Position numbers and translations under genes: made by a program | Shown here: positions 1 through 9,465 of the stretch, piece by piece | Layout of the letters: the number at the start of each line of letters is the position of its first letter | How positions within the stretch are numbered: the stretch's first letter is position 1 | NCBI GenBank assembly: GCA_015494465.1 | Contig: WGBD01000011.1 | Coordinates: 69,553 to 129,879, forward strand | DNA: 60,327 nucleotides | Source of the DNA: Candidatus Omnitrophota bacterium | GTDB taxonomy: Bacteria > Omnitrophota > Gorgyraeia > S143-82 | Direction: 5' to 3' | The notes under the pieces: model-generated | Database searches by the model: none | Told to the model about the DNA's origin: nothing | What the model saw: the letters and a program-made list of their open reading frames with translations, nothing else

Positions 1-357
1 GGCCAGTTCCACTATCCTCTCGGGAGGCACGAAGTCCACCGAAAGGACCCTATCCCTTTCCTGAGAGATCTGCCAGTTCTGACAGAACTTGCAGCGAAAA
101 TTGCATCCGGGGGTTGCCAGAGAAAGGGACTTGCTACCGGGCAGAAAGTGAAAGATCGGCTTTTTCTCTATCGGATCCAGATTCAGGGCAACCACCCGAC
201 CGTAAGCAAGGCTGTACAACTGCCCGCCCGAGTTTTCTCTCACACCACATATCCCTTTCCTGCCCTCAGGTATAAGGCAGTTGTGGGGACAGAGTTGGCA
301 CCGTACAGCATCGCCTTCCTTCTCCCAGAACCTCGCAGGAATCAGTTGAGTCTCCAT
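1..357 (-). CDS. AmmeMemoRadiSam-type radical SAM enzyme, N-terminal 119 codons (gene continues past window start)
   Basis: Own translation of the minus strand from ATG at 357-355: METQLIPARFWEKEGDAVRCQLCPHNCLIPEGRKGICGVRENSGGQLYSLAYGRVVALNLDPIEKKPIFHFLPGS...GCNFRCKFCQNWQIS. It has the CxxxCxxC radical-SAM cluster motif (CNFRCKFC) plus the CPHxC and DPIEKKP pattern typical of this family. It is not in the ORF track because no stop lies in the window. It replaces the implausible + ORF 148..456. Confidence 0.75.
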   Translation of the reverse strand, partial: METQLIPARFWEKEGDAVRCQLCPHNCLIPEGRKGICGVRENSGGQLYSLAYGRVVALNLDPIEKKPIFHFLPGSKSLSLATPGCNFRCKFCQNWQISQERDRVLSVDFVPPERIVELA

Positions 358-361
358 AATC

Positions 362-1255
362 TCACCGCCTCGGCAGAAGGCTGGCACCTATCACACCTGC
401 GCTATTGCCCAGTTTGGCCTTCACTACCTTCACCCTCTTGCCCTGTACCTTCATAGCGTAGGCCTTCACATATCTGGATATCGCACCTATCAAGGGCCTA
501 CCTGCACTGGCAACTCCACCACCGACGACTATCACCTCCAGATTCAGGAGGTTGACCACACCTATAAGGGTGGGAGCCAGAGTATATGCCACCTTGTCCC
601 AGAAGTCCAAGGCCCTTTCGTCTCCTTTCTTGGCTCTATCACTGACGATAGAGAGGTCGTCCTCCTTGGCGGAAAGCAAGCCCAACTTTCTGGCCCAGTG
701 CACGAGGGCCCGATTGCCGACATATCGTTCCAAACACCCCTTACCTCCGCAGGAACAGGCCTTGCCCCAGGGCACGAGAGGAAAGTGCCCCAGCTCTCCC
801 GCAACGCCGTCTATCCCCCTGTAGACCTTCCCCTCGAGGATCAGTCCCGCCCCCACACCGGTGCCCAAGGTTATGCACATCGCACTCGCGTATCCCTTGG
901 CAGAGCCGTACACCCACTCCGCAACTGCCATCGCGGTGGCGTCGTTGTCCACAGCAATCCTTATCCTCTTCCCCAGCACCGCAGAAAACCTCTCCACTAT
1001 CGGGAAGTTCTCCCACCCGGGCAGATTGGGAAGATAACGGATCCGTCCCCGATCGAAGTCAACCGCCCCCGGGACACCTATCCCCACTCCTTTCACCCGG
1101 GGGAACTCTTTTATCTCCAGAAACGCCCTCTTAACCCAGGCCTGGGGGGTACGAAAAGACCGAGTGGAGAAACTTTTGCTCTCCAATATCTTCCCCTGCT
1201 CGTCTATCAGGGCAATCTTGGTATTGGTGCCTCCTAGATCTATACCTACCCACAT
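362..1255 (-). CDS. glk: ROK family sugar kinase (glucokinase-like)
   Basis: N-terminal ATP-binding motif IDLGGTNTK, the ROK zinc motif region CSCGGKGCLE, and ATG at 1255 preceded by GAGGTGAGGG. Confidence 0.85.
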   Translation of the reverse strand: MWVGIDLGGTNTKIALIDEQGKILESKSFSTRSFRTPQAWVKRAFLEIKEFPRVKGVGIGVPGAVDFDRGRIRYLPNLPGWENFPIVERFSAVLGKRIRIAVDNDATAMAVAEWVYGSAKGYASAMCITLGTGVGAGLILEGKVYRGIDGVAGELGHFPLVPWGKACSCGGKGCLERYVGNRALVHWARKLGLLSAKEDDLSIVSDRAKKGDERALDFWDKVAYTLAPTLIGVVNLLNLEVIVVGGGVASAGRPLIGAISRYVKAYAMKVQGKRVKVVKAKLGNSAGVIGASLLPRR

Positions 1256-1259
1256 ACCC

Positions 1260-2042
1260 TCACCTCACCTTGCGAGCCAGTTCCTTTACATTGCCCCACA
1301 GGGTCCTGCCCCCGAGCATGGCAAAGAAATATCGCCGTCTTCCCTTACGGAACATACCCAAGAAACACTGCCCTGCCTTCCGAGTGAAACCGGTCTTGCC
1401 CTTTATCCACGACCAGCGCTTTGCCCACAGGAGTTTGTTGTGATTCACCACCCGAATCTCCCTGCCTCTTTTACTCCGGAACCGGTAATACCTCCGGGAA
1501 AGGGCAGAGACTATCAATCCGTATCTGCTGGCGATACGCATTATCTTTGCCAGATCCAAGGTGGTGCTGTACTGTCCGGTGGCAGGCAGGCCGTTAGGGG
1601 TTAGGAAATAACTGTCCTTTGCCCCGCACCTTTTGGCCTTGGCATTCATAAGGTCAGCAAACCGTTCCTGACTACCCGCAACCGCTTCCGCCAATACCAC
1701 GGAAGCATCGTTTGCGGAAGCCATGAGCATGGCACAAAGGAGATCCTTCACCCGATAGTACTCCCCTGCCTTCAGGTAGACCTTAGAGGGCTCAACCGCC
1801 TCCGCCACTCTGCTCACCCGAACCCACCTCTCCAGCGGGAGGTGATCTATCACCACCATTGCACTGAGGACCTTCACCGTGCTCGCCGGTGGCAACCTCC
1901 GCCTAGGCTTGTAAGCATAAACTATCCGGCCTTTTTCGTCCAACACCACCGCAGACTTCCAGTCACCGCCGAAGAGTGGGATCGCCCAGACTAACAGAAA
2001 AAAGAGGCTACCTATCCAATATCTGAGAGCGCTTCTCCGCAT
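1260..2042 (-). CDS. D-alanyl-D-alanine carboxypeptidase (peptidase S11, low-MW PBP)
   Basis: Signal-like N-terminus. All three PBP motifs are present: SxxK (STVK), SxN (SAND) and KTG (KTGFT). Confidence 0.85.
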   Translation of the reverse strand: MRRSALRYWIGSLFFLLVWAIPLFGGDWKSAVVLDEKGRIVYAYKPRRRLPPASTVKVLSAMVVIDHLPLERWVRVSRVAEAVEPSKVYLKAGEYYRVKDLLCAMLMASANDASVVLAEAVAGSQERFADLMNAKAKRCGAKDSYFLTPNGLPATGQYSTTLDLAKIMRIASRYGLIVSALSRRYYRFRSKRGREIRVVNHNKLLWAKRWSWIKGKTGFTRKAGQCFLGMFRKGRRRYFFAMLGGRTLWGNVKELARKVR

Positions 2043-2691
2043 AGAAGTCGTTTATTATCTCGAGAACCTCCTCCGGGGTATCTGCGACGGAGAAGATGTC
2101 CAGGTCCTCCCGGTTGATCATCCCCTCTCTCACCAATGTCCGGTCCATCCACTGGATCAAGGGCTTCCAGAACTTGTGTTTCACCAAGATGACCGGGAAG
2201 GACTCTATCCTCTGGGTCTGGATAAGGGTAATGGCCTCGATAAACTCGTCCAGTGTGCCAAATCCTCCCGGCAGGACCACGAAGGCCTTTGCGTACTTCA
2301 CGAACATGACCTTCCTGGCGAAGAAGTAGCGGAACTCTATCAAGATATCCGTATAGGGATTCGGCTTCTGTTCTTCGGGAAGCCTTATGTTGAGTCCGAT
2401 GGAGAGGCCTTTGGCCTTTTTGGCCCCCTTGTTGGCAGCCTCCATTACTCCTGGCCCACCACCGGTGATTATGGCATAGCCCTCCTTGGCCAAAAGAAAA
2501 GCAATCTCCTCCGCAAGTTTATAATTCTCGCTGTTCCTCTTGGCCCTGGCGGAACCGAATATGCTAACCGCAGGCCCAACCTGAGACAGCATCTCAAATC
2601 CGTCGATAAATTCGGACATAATCCGAAAGACCCGCCAGGTCTCGTTGGTGTCCTCTATCCTCACCCACTCTCCTGGAGCCTTGCGAATCAT
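2008..2691 (-). CDS. LOG family protein (TIGR00730, cytokinin riboside 5'-monophosphate phosphoribohydrolase-like)
   Basis: Motifs GGGPGVMEAANKGA and PGGFGTLDEF are diagnostic of the LOG/lysine-decarboxylase-like family. Confidence 0.85.
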   Translation of the reverse strand: MIRKAPGEWVRIEDTNETWRVFRIMSEFIDGFEMLSQVGPAVSIFGSARAKRNSENYKLAEEIAFLLAKEGYAIITGGGPGVMEAANKGAKKAKGLSIGLNIRLPEEQKPNPYTDILIEFRYFFARKVMFVKYAKAFVVLPGGFGTLDEFIEAITLIQTQRIESFPVILVKHKFWKPLIQWMDRTLVREGMINREDLDIFSVADTPEEVLEIINDFYAEKRSQILDR

Positions 2692-2695
2692 ACCT

Positions 2696-3595
2696 TCACC
2701 TCCCAGTGCTATCCAAGACCTTTGCCAGAGCCGACTCTATCCAGCCGTCCATCGGCCCCATGCCACTCAACGGTTCTACGCCACCCCATACTTCCTCGAT
2801 AAGGGCACATCCCTCTCGTATTAGATCACTTATAAGGGCCTTCCCGAGCCTCAGCCTACCCTTGCCCTGCCACCACTTCCGCACCCGAGAGGGATCCTTC
2901 TCCTTCAATAATATCACAGGCAAACTTATCTTTTTAGCCAAAAGGTCCTCTTCCAGATCGGACAGATCGTCCAGCATCTGGAAGACTATGCCCCAATCAA
3001 AGGCGTATCGGGCATAAGGCTCAGCAGATGAGATACCCAGTTCCAATAGGCCCTCCGCAGGCAACTGGAACAGATAGGCGGTCTTACGGGAGATAACATC
3101 CATATAATTGGAAAGGGTAAGCTCCTCGTAATCGCGCATCTTCTCTTCTAATAGTTGGCCTTCACAGACTATCCGCACCGCATACGAGCCCACTGCGGAC
3201 ATCCCCAACTCCGGGAAGATCCCCTGCCCCAGCGCGAAGAGGTAATCGCCCCACACCAGGGCGGATTCCACGCCGAAGACGAGGTGGAAACACTCCTTGC
3301 CCCGGCGCAGTTTTCCCTTATCTAAGATGTCGTCGTGGACGAGGGAGGCAAGGTGGACGATCTCCACCCCCTTGCTGACCTCAATGGCCAGTCTCTGCCA
3401 ATCCTTGCCGATGTCGTTCTTCAGGGCCTTAAAGGTGTAGTAGGCCATCTTGGAGCGAAGAAACTTTCCCTTCCAGAGAGAGGATATGTATCTGGTCTCT
3501 TCTTTCAGGGTCCTGTGCACCCCCTTCAGGGACCGCCTCAACTGGGCCTTCAACTCCTTTAGGAATCCCTTAATCTCCGTATCAGTTCCTGCCAT
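2696..3595 (-). CDS. Polyprenyl diphosphate synthase (trans-isoprenyl diphosphate synthase family)
   Basis: Two aspartate-rich motifs, HDDILD (first DDxxD) and LDDLSDLEED (second). The ORF track starts at 3676, but I prefer ATG 3595 (MAGTDTEIK) with GGAGGAGAG immediately upstream. Even so, it overlaps the upstream gene by 37 nt. Confidence 0.75.
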   Translation of the reverse strand: MAGTDTEIKGFLKELKAQLRRSLKGVHRTLKEETRYISSLWKGKFLRSKMAYYTFKALKNDIGKDWQRLAIEVSKGVEIVHLASLVHDDILDKGKLRRGKECFHLVFGVESALVWGDYLFALGQGIFPELGMSAVGSYAVRIVCEGQLLEEKMRDYEELTLSNYMDVISRKTAYLFQLPAEGLLELGISSAEPYARYAFDWGIVFQMLDDLSDLEEDLLAKKISLPVILLKEKDPSRVRKWWQGKGRLRLGKALISDLIREGCALIEEVWGGVEPLSGMGPMDGWIESALAKVLDSTGR

Positions 3596-4599
3596 CTCTC
3601 CTCCAGCGCATTGCTCCTTAGAAACTCCAAGACCTTCTCTCCTGAGGACCGCAGGTCCAATCCCTCTACCAACCACACCGCAAGCCCGGCGTTAAGGGCG
3701 ACCACCGCCAAAAACTCCTTCGGGGCATCCCCCCGCAAGAACCTTTCCATCATCCGGTAGTTGTCCTCAGGCGAGGAAGGGGACAACTTATCCCAATCCA
3801 GACCATCTATGTAATCCCCCAATACATCCTTTGGCCTGCACCAGCGGTCCTCAACGATCCTTCCCTCCCTCACCAATACCACCCGGAACTCCTCAAAGGG
3901 CAGGGCCTCGTCCATCCCTCCCCGGGAATGGATCACCACTGCGGACCTGCCCAACTCCGCCAAGACCTGAGCAAAGACCGGCATCAGGGACTCGTCCGAG
4001 ACCCCCACGACCTGCCACCCAACGCGCACGGGATTGCTCAACGGCCCTGCCAGATTGAAGACGGTCCTTATCCCCAAGGCCCGCCTCACCGGGGCGAAGT
4101 TCTTCATTGAAGGGAAAAAGGCCGGTGCGTAAAGGAAGGCAAACCCCTCCTTCTTCAGCGACTCCACTGCCCGGGCAGGGGAAAGATCCTGAGGCCAGTT
4201 TATGTGGAAGAAGACATCCGCACTTCCCACCTTCGAGGTCATAGAGCGATTGCCGTGCTTGGCCACCTTATACCCCATCCCCCACAAAGCCAGGGCAACT
4301 GCAGAGGAATAATTGTACTTGGCGGTGCCCGACCCGCCCGTCCCGCAGGTATCTATCGCCTCGGGTACTGATTCGTCCACCGCGCACACCGAATACAGCC
4401 CCTTGACCACACCCATCAACTCAGCTGGACCTATACCTCTAACCGCAAGTGCGGTGAGGACCGCCCCCGCAAGGACCGGATCAAGTCTTCCCTCTGCCCC
4501 CAATCTGACGAAGTCCTCGAGAGAGGCAGGATCCACCCCCTCCCCGGCGACTATCCTCTTTAACAGGGCCTTTACCTCTTCCATCCCTAAAACTCCCAC
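3559..4599 (-). CDS. Anthranilate phosphoribosyltransferase-like protein (glycosyl transferase family 3, TrpD/TrpD2-like)
   Basis: DTCGTGGSG and VAKHGNRSMTSKVGSADV match the TrpD PRPP/anthranilate-binding motifs. No other trp genes lie in the window. Confidence 0.7.
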   Translation of the reverse strand: MGVLGMEEVKALLKRIVAGEGVDPASLEDFVRLGAEGRLDPVLAGAVLTALAVRGIGPAELMGVVKGLYSVCAVDESVPEAIDTCGTGGSGTAKYNYSSAVALALWGMGYKVAKHGNRSMTSKVGSADVFFHINWPQDLSPARAVESLKKEGFAFLYAPAFFPSMKNFAPVRRALGIRTVFNLAGPLSNPVRVGWQVVGVSDESLMPVFAQVLAELGRSAVVIHSRGGMDEALPFEEFRVVLVREGRIVEDRWCRPKDVLGDYIDGLDWDKLSPSSPEDNYRMMERFLRGDAPKEFLAVVALNAGLAVWLVEGLDLRSSGEKVLEFLRSNALEERWQELIRRLRDS

Positions 4600-5492
4600 T
4601 CCAGTCCCGAGATAAACCTCAGATCGCTCTTCTTCTTGCCCTCCGCAGGATCCGAATCGTACTCCTCTAAAAGGGACAGTTTCAGACTCATCCTCTCCCT
4701 CAACCTTACCCGCAACCCCGTCTCCGAGCGCAATCTATAACTGCCTTCGCCAAACGAGGGGTATACATCCACATCCTCAAACAACTCCCATCCTACAGTT
4801 GGCCTGTACTCCCAGCGAACCGATCCCACCGCCAATACATCGTCGTCGGAGTCCTGTAGGTAATAATCCACATATTCCCAACCCAGAGACCCCTCCAGAT
4901 TCAGACGGAACCTTTCCCCGGACAGAAACCAGTATCCCAGACCAAGGGAAGGTATCCCTCGAAACTTCACATCCGCAAACCGATCGTGTTCCAGTTCTAA
5001 CTTGCCGAAAGCATACCAACTGCCTCCCTCCCGGAAAGAGAAACCATACCTGCCAAGGCAGTAGTATTTCCTGTCGTCCATCTGCCCGTGGGACTGGGAA
5101 TAGTAGGCCCGAACCTTTAAGGTCACCTCGTCCTTGGGACGCTTGCGGTGGAGGAGGAGTTCTAGGGAGTTGGATCCACTATCCACATTACCCTTTCTAT
5201 AATCCACTCCCAAGGTCAACCGGCGTTCCCATAGACAGGGCTCGTTGTCGGAACGGGTATCCTCTCCTTTTTGATCGCGTTCTTCCTCCTGTCTTAACTT
5301 ATCGCGCGGGATCTTCAACTTACCCAGTACCGGGTGGTCTATCACGATGTAATTCTTCTCTCGCGAGACGACATCCGCAGTCAACACATCGCCGTTCTCC
5401 AAAACGATCCTCTCCGCCCGGGCTATACTTCCGAGGGAGACGAAACAGAAAACACACCAAAAGACCGTGAAGAAAAACACCCGCCTGGACAT
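4587..5492 (-). CDS. DUF481-type outer-membrane beta-barrel protein (YdiY-like)
   Basis: Signal peptide MSRRVFFFTVFWCVFCFVSLGSIARA, alternating beta-strand pattern, aromatic C-terminus (LEWEF), and DRFADVKFRGIPSLGLGYWF resembling DUF481. Confidence 0.55.
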   Translation of the reverse strand: MSRRVFFFTVFWCVFCFVSLGSIARAERIVLENGDVLTADVVSREKNYIVIDHPVLGKLKIPRDKLRQEEERDQKGEDTRSDNEPCLWERRLTLGVDYRKGNVDSGSNSLELLLHRKRPKDEVTLKVRAYYSQSHGQMDDRKYYCLGRYGFSFREGGSWYAFGKLELEHDRFADVKFRGIPSLGLGYWFLSGERFRLNLEGSLGWEYVDYYLQDSDDDVLAVGSVRWEYRPTVGWELFEDVDVYPSFGEGSYRLRSETGLRVRLRERMSLKLSLLEEYDSDPAEGKKKSDLRFISGLEWEF

Positions 5493-5529
5493 GGATGAAT
5501 TATATCACGACAGACAGACGGGTTTAAAG

Positions 5530-5964
5530 TCAATTGGGGAGGAGAGTCATTTGGACATATACCGGAGAACTACCTCTATGCAGGATCCGATTGTCCAAGT
5601 GGGTCAGAAACATCTCCATCTCCTCGGCAGGAATGTCCTTGTTAGAAAAACTCACCTTACGATCCATAGGGATAGGGATCTCTTTTCCTCCAGCAAAACG
5701 CAACTTCACATCCCAGTCCCTAGCCCCCGATATCTCATAGATCATCTTCCAATCCTTGACATTCCCTCGGACACGGCTGGATATACGGTACGAATTCCGA
5801 CTCCATCTCCTGCCTTTTATCCGGGACAGAGGCGTAATCCTCGTCTGCAGACCTTGAACCCTTGGAACCAAGACCTTTATCCGGATAGTCCTTTTGACCG
5901 TCCCCGCCCAGGCAGTGCTCACTCCGAAGAGGACCAGCGCCACTATCATCAGCGCCTTTCTCAT
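5530..5964 (-). CDS. Small Arg-rich secreted protein, function unknown
   Basis: ATG at 5964 is preceded by GGGAGGTGGTG. The signal peptide is MRKALMIVALVLFGVSTAWA. No family recognised. The ORF-track start at 5997 would lie at the predicted transcription start. Confidence 0.5.
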   Translation of the reverse strand: MRKALMIVALVLFGVSTAWAGTVKRTIRIKVLVPRVQGLQTRITPLSRIKGRRWSRNSYRISSRVRGNVKDWKMIYEISGARDWDVKLRFAGGKEIPIPMDRKVSFSNKDIPAEEMEMFLTHLDNRILHRGSSPVYVQMTLLPN

Positions 5965-6004
5965 CACCACCTCCCTCGCTCGAACCACCCTTCGCACGAT
6001 TGGA

Positions 6005-6032
6005 AGTATAATTTAAAAACTTTTAAAATCAA
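6005..6032 (-). promoter_or_regulatory. Sigma70-like promoter (TTGATT-16 nt-TATACT) upstream of the small secreted protein gene
   Basis: On the minus strand, -35 TTGATT is at 6032-6027, the spacer is 16 nt, and -10 TATACT is at 6010-6005. It lies in the 66-nt gap after maf. Confidence 0.45.
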
Positions 6033-6063
6033 CGCGCGAGGGAGACTTTCCAGAAAAAGCGGA

Positions 6064-6669
6064 TTAAAGGGAGGAGACGAACGGATTGTATCCTAATGCG
6101 GTTATCATCAGCTTACGCAGTCTGCTCAAAGGCAAACCCATCACATTGTAAAAGCAGCCGTCTATTCGGGTGATAAATGTCCCGGCAAATCCCTGTATCC
6201 CAAACCCACCTGCCTTATCCAGGACCGCCTCTTTGGAGAAGTAGAACTCTATCTCCTTCTCTCCCAAGGGATCCATGACGACTTTGGTTCGCTCTACATC
6301 GGTCCAGGCCTTACCGCAGTAAGAGAGGGCAATGCCAGTGTAGACATGATGAGGATTTCGAGACAAGAACTTAAGATACTCCTTGGCGGTCTCCAGATCC
6401 TTTGGCTTGCCAAAGAGTCTATCCTTGCAGAAGACCACCGTATCAGCACCTATTACCAGGGCATCGGGATGACTCTTCGCAACCTGCATGGCCTTATCTA
6501 AGGCGTTTTCCACCACCAAGACTCTTACCTGCCGATGGGTACGAGCACGATCCCTTTCTAAGGAATCCTTGGGGACGACGACCTTGAATGGCAGGTCGAA
6601 GTAAGCGAACAGCTCCCTTCGTCTAGGTGAGGCGGAGGCCAATATTATCTCAGGAAGTGCCTTTCGCAT
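6064..6669 (-). CDS. maf: Maf-like nucleoside triphosphate pyrophosphatase (septum formation protein)
   Basis: N-terminal ILASASPRRRELF and C-terminal GAYGIQG-like GGFGIQGFAG motifs. Confidence 0.9.
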   Translation of the reverse strand: MRKALPEIILASASPRRRELFAYFDLPFKVVVPKDSLERDRARTHRQVRVLVVENALDKAMQVAKSHPDALVIGADTVVFCKDRLFGKPKDLETAKEYLKFLSRNPHHVYTGIALSYCGKAWTDVERTKVVMDPLGEKEIEFYFSKEAVLDKAGGFGIQGFAGTFITRIDGCFYNVMGLPLSRLRKLMITALGYNPFVSSL

Positions 6670-7801
6670 CCCTTTTCAGTTCGTCTATCTTACGGTGGAG
6701 AAAAAACTTTTGGCTTGGAGAGAGCTGAGACAAGAACACACCCACCTGGTGCAGCCCGTTATCGAGTGGCTTGTTCCATATCGTCCTGGCGTCTAAGATC
6801 AGCTTATCTCCGTCGGGAAAGACCAGCTCTAATTCGTATGTATCCCCGAGCTTCATCTCAACGGGCGAGAAGAACATTACTCCTGCCACGCACATGTTAC
6901 CCAAGAAGACCTTGTGAGGGGTGCCTTCTTGGTCGTAGACCACCGCGCTGAGCTCGCAGTCGCTAACATCTATCCTCTCCCAGTAGCGCCTATTCCGAAA
7001 GGCCCTGCTCTTGTCCTTCTTGACTATCACCGATGTCCCTCTTCTCTTCTTTGCCTCGTAAAGCGCAGAATCTGCAACCCGAAGGTACTCTCTGACCGTA
7101 GCGTAATCGGGAGAATACTCCACGATCCCAGCGGAAAACCCAAAAGGATCATCCACTCCTTTGATCGCGAACATTCCCTCGTAATCTCGGGCCTTTTCCC
7201 TGAGCTTATCCAACAGCTCTTGAGCGGACTCCCCAGAGGTGTTGGGGAAGACCACCAGGAACTCATCTCCTCCGTATCTAGTAGAGACATCTGCAGGGCG
7301 GAGGTGCCTAAGCAGGAGTTTTCCAAACAACCTCAGGAGCATGTCTGCCTGTACGGGCCCAAGACGCCTGTTGACCTCGTGGAAGTTGTCCAGGTCTATC
7401 ATGGCAATGGTGAGCATGCCCCCGTGCTCTTTCACATCCCGCATGTTCGTCTCCAACACATCCATCACATAAAACATGTTGCCTAGGTCGCGATCGGAGG
7501 CCGAGGACTCTCCCCTTGCTTTCGACCTTCTACGGTAGAAATGGGTAATCGATAAGATCGCAAGGTACCAGAGAAGATATCCGAGTACCACCGGTTTACC
7601 GACATAATGGGGTGCACTGAGGAATGAAAAGAACAAGGCAGTAAAGAATCCCTCCCAGAATGTACGGAACAGGGCAATAGGCAGGAACATCAACGACAAT
7701 GCGTAAGGCAAAAGTACCAACAGCTGAGGGTGGAGCAAGGCCAGATAATACAGGCTGACGCCCACTAAGACCAAGACCAGATAGACAAAGACCAACATCA
7801 T
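6650..7801 (-). CDS. Membrane-anchored diguanylate cyclase with C-terminal PilZ domain
   Basis: About 3 N-terminal hydrophobic helices. The active site is RYGGDEF (aa 175-181), with an I-site RPAD exactly 5 residues upstream. The C-terminal part has RRYWER (RRxxxR) and NMCVAG (D/NxSxxG-like) PilZ motifs. Confidence 0.8.
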   Translation of the reverse strand: MMLVFVYLVLVLVGVSLYYLALLHPQLLVLLPYALSLMFLPIALFRTFWEGFFTALFFSFLSAPHYVGKPVVLGYLLWYLAILSITHFYRRRSKARGESSASDRDLGNMFYVMDVLETNMRDVKEHGGMLTIAMIDLDNFHEVNRRLGPVQADMLLRLFGKLLLRHLRPADVSTRYGGDEFLVVFPNTSGESAQELLDKLREKARDYEGMFAIKGVDDPFGFSAGIVEYSPDYATVREYLRVADSALYEAKKRRGTSVIVKKDKSRAFRNRRYWERIDVSDCELSAVVYDQEGTPHKVFLGNMCVAGVMFFSPVEMKLGDTYELELVFPDGDKLILDARTIWNKPLDNGLHQVGVFLSQLSPSQKFFLHRKIDELKRDAKGTS

Positions 7802-8019
7802 CCCGTTACCTCTATTAACTTTTTCCTGCTCGCCTCTCCCTTAATTATTCTAATACTGCTCTTGGAAACACCCAAAAAGTCCGCCAAGACCGCTCTCAAC
7901 TGGGCATTTGCCTTACCCCGATCCGCGGGGGCGGTGAGCCACACCTCCAACTCCTTTTCCCCTATCCGTTTTACCTCGAGCCTACTAGTTTTGGGGTGAA
8001 CCTTCACCGATATGTACAT
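7798..8019 (-). CDS. DUF167 (YggU) family protein
   Basis: 73 aa; [11 protein letters not shown] ... [33 protein letters not shown] matches the YggU pattern. Confidence 0.75.
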   Translation of the reverse strand: MYISVKVHPKTSRLEVKRIGEKELEVWLTAPADRGKANAQLRAVLADFLGVSKSSIRIIKGEASRKKLIEVTG

Positions 8020-8449
8020 GTCTTATCCTTATACCTGCGGACTCGACGAATTCCCTCGCCAACTCGTCTGGGTAGCCCTCCGAGATCACCACCTCCTTGA
8101 TCCCCGCGTTTATCAACATCTTGGTACATATTATACAAGGCTGGGTGGTTACATACATACTCGATCCCTTTAGACTCACCCCGTGCAGGGCAGCCTGTAT
8201 AATCGCGTTCTGTTCCGCATGCAATCCCCGGCAGAGCTCGTGTCTCTGCCCCGAGGGGACCTTTAACTGTTCCCTAAGACACCCTGTCTCTGCACAATGG
8301 GGGATCCCGGAAGGAGCACCGTTGTATCCGGTTGCCAGGATCCTGCGGTCCTTCACCACCACCGCTCCCACCTTCCGACGCAGGCAGGTAGACCGCTCGG
8401 CAACCAAAAAGGCAATACGCATAAAGTACTCGTCCCAATCCGGCCTCAT
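7985..8449 (-). CDS. dCMP deaminase (ComEB-type cytidine/deoxycytidylate deaminase)
   Basis: Zinc motifs HAEQNAI and [14 protein letters not shown]. Confidence 0.9.
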   Translation of the reverse strand: MRPDWDEYFMRIAFLVAERSTCLRRKVGAVVVKDRRILATGYNGAPSGIPHCAETGCLREQLKVPSGQRHELCRGLHAEQNAIIQAALHGVSLKGSSMYVTTQPCIICTKMLINAGIKEVVISEGYPDELAREFVESAGIRIRHVHIGEGSPQN

Positions 8450-9465
8450 AAAAACTCCTTCAGCCTCACTCGGACTAAAACATTATCCAATTCAGCCAAG
8501 ACATCGTCAACGCTAATCGCCCTCAAACACTCAAAACCTTTCTCACAGCGATGGGCAAGGCACCTTTTGCAAGTCGCCTTGTGTATGGATCTGGCATCCA
8601 CATGCAAAGGTCTCCAGCGCGTAGGAGAAAGACCTGGGTCGTTTCGTCCAAATATTACCACCGAAGGGACATCTACCGCAGAGGCGATGTGGACCGGCCC
8701 AGAATCGTTGGACACGAGCACATCGCATCCCGCCAACAGGTAGACCAGATCTCCCAGATCTATCCCAACCTTATTCCTTATACGGGTAAGATACTGTGGA
8801 GGCACCTTCGATAGTATCTGCTCCGCCAAAGGCCTAACATAAGGAGCACCGATCAAGACCACATAATATCCCCTTTCCAGCAACCTTTGAACCAGCTCCG
8901 CATACCTCTCGATAGGCCACATCTTGGATGGACAGCTGGCATGGGGATGAACTGCCACCGTTATCCCCGGAAACAACTTCTCCACCCTACGATCGAGGTA
9001 GAGTTGCGGTCTGGGACTATCCCAACGATCTATACCCAAAAGCGGGAGAAAAAGCATATTGTATTGGCTCTCGTGCATCAACCCCAATGGCTTGGTGTGA
9101 GGCAGAGTCTTGGTCAAAAGGAGTTTACCCCCCTTTACCGCCCAACCTATGCGCAGGGGTATCCCGGACATTGCCAGCAAGAGGTGGAGACGGAGGTTTG
9201 GATTAAGAGCCACTGCCCCATCGTAGCCCCGCCCCCTGATCTGGCGGGCAAAGGAAAGCATCCGCCTCCAGGAGGACTTCAACTCCTTTGCAGGATAGAC
9301 GATAAATCCGTCTAAGCCTTTGACGAACCTTACCAGAGGAACCAAGGTCTCGGAAATAAGAAGATCTATTCTGGCGTCGGGAAAGTTTTTGCGCAGTTCG
9401 GATATAAAAGGGAGGGATAGAACGAAGTCACCTATTCTATCGGTTCGGCAGATCAGGAGATTCAT
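8446..9465 (-). CDS. Glycosyltransferase family 9 (heptosyltransferase-like)
   Basis: N-terminal [10 protein letters not shown] and C-terminal [21 protein letters not shown], typical of GT9. Confidence 0.8.
   Translation of the reverse strand: MNLLICRTDRIGDFVLSLPFISELRKNFPDARIDLLISETLVPLVRFVKGLDGFIVYPAKELKSSWRRMLSFARQIRGRGYDGAVALNPNLRLHLLLAMSGIPLRIGWAVKGGKLLLTKTLPHTKPLGLMHESQYNMLFLPLLGIDRWDSPRPQLYLDRRVEKLFPGITVAVHPHASCPSKMWPIERYAELVQRLLERGYYVVLIGAPYVRPLAEQILSKVPPQYLTRIRNKVGIDLGDLVYLLAGCDVLVSNDSGPVHIASAVDVPSVVIFGRNDPGLSPTRWRPLHVDARSIHKATCKRCLAHRCEKGFECLRAISVDDVLAELDNVLVRVRLKEFL

Noticed and set aside
148-456. Plus-strand 102-aa ORF at the left edge.
   Set aside because: The opposite strand encodes a clear radical SAM N-terminus (1..357) and the end of the ROK kinase, so the plus ORF is a shadow.
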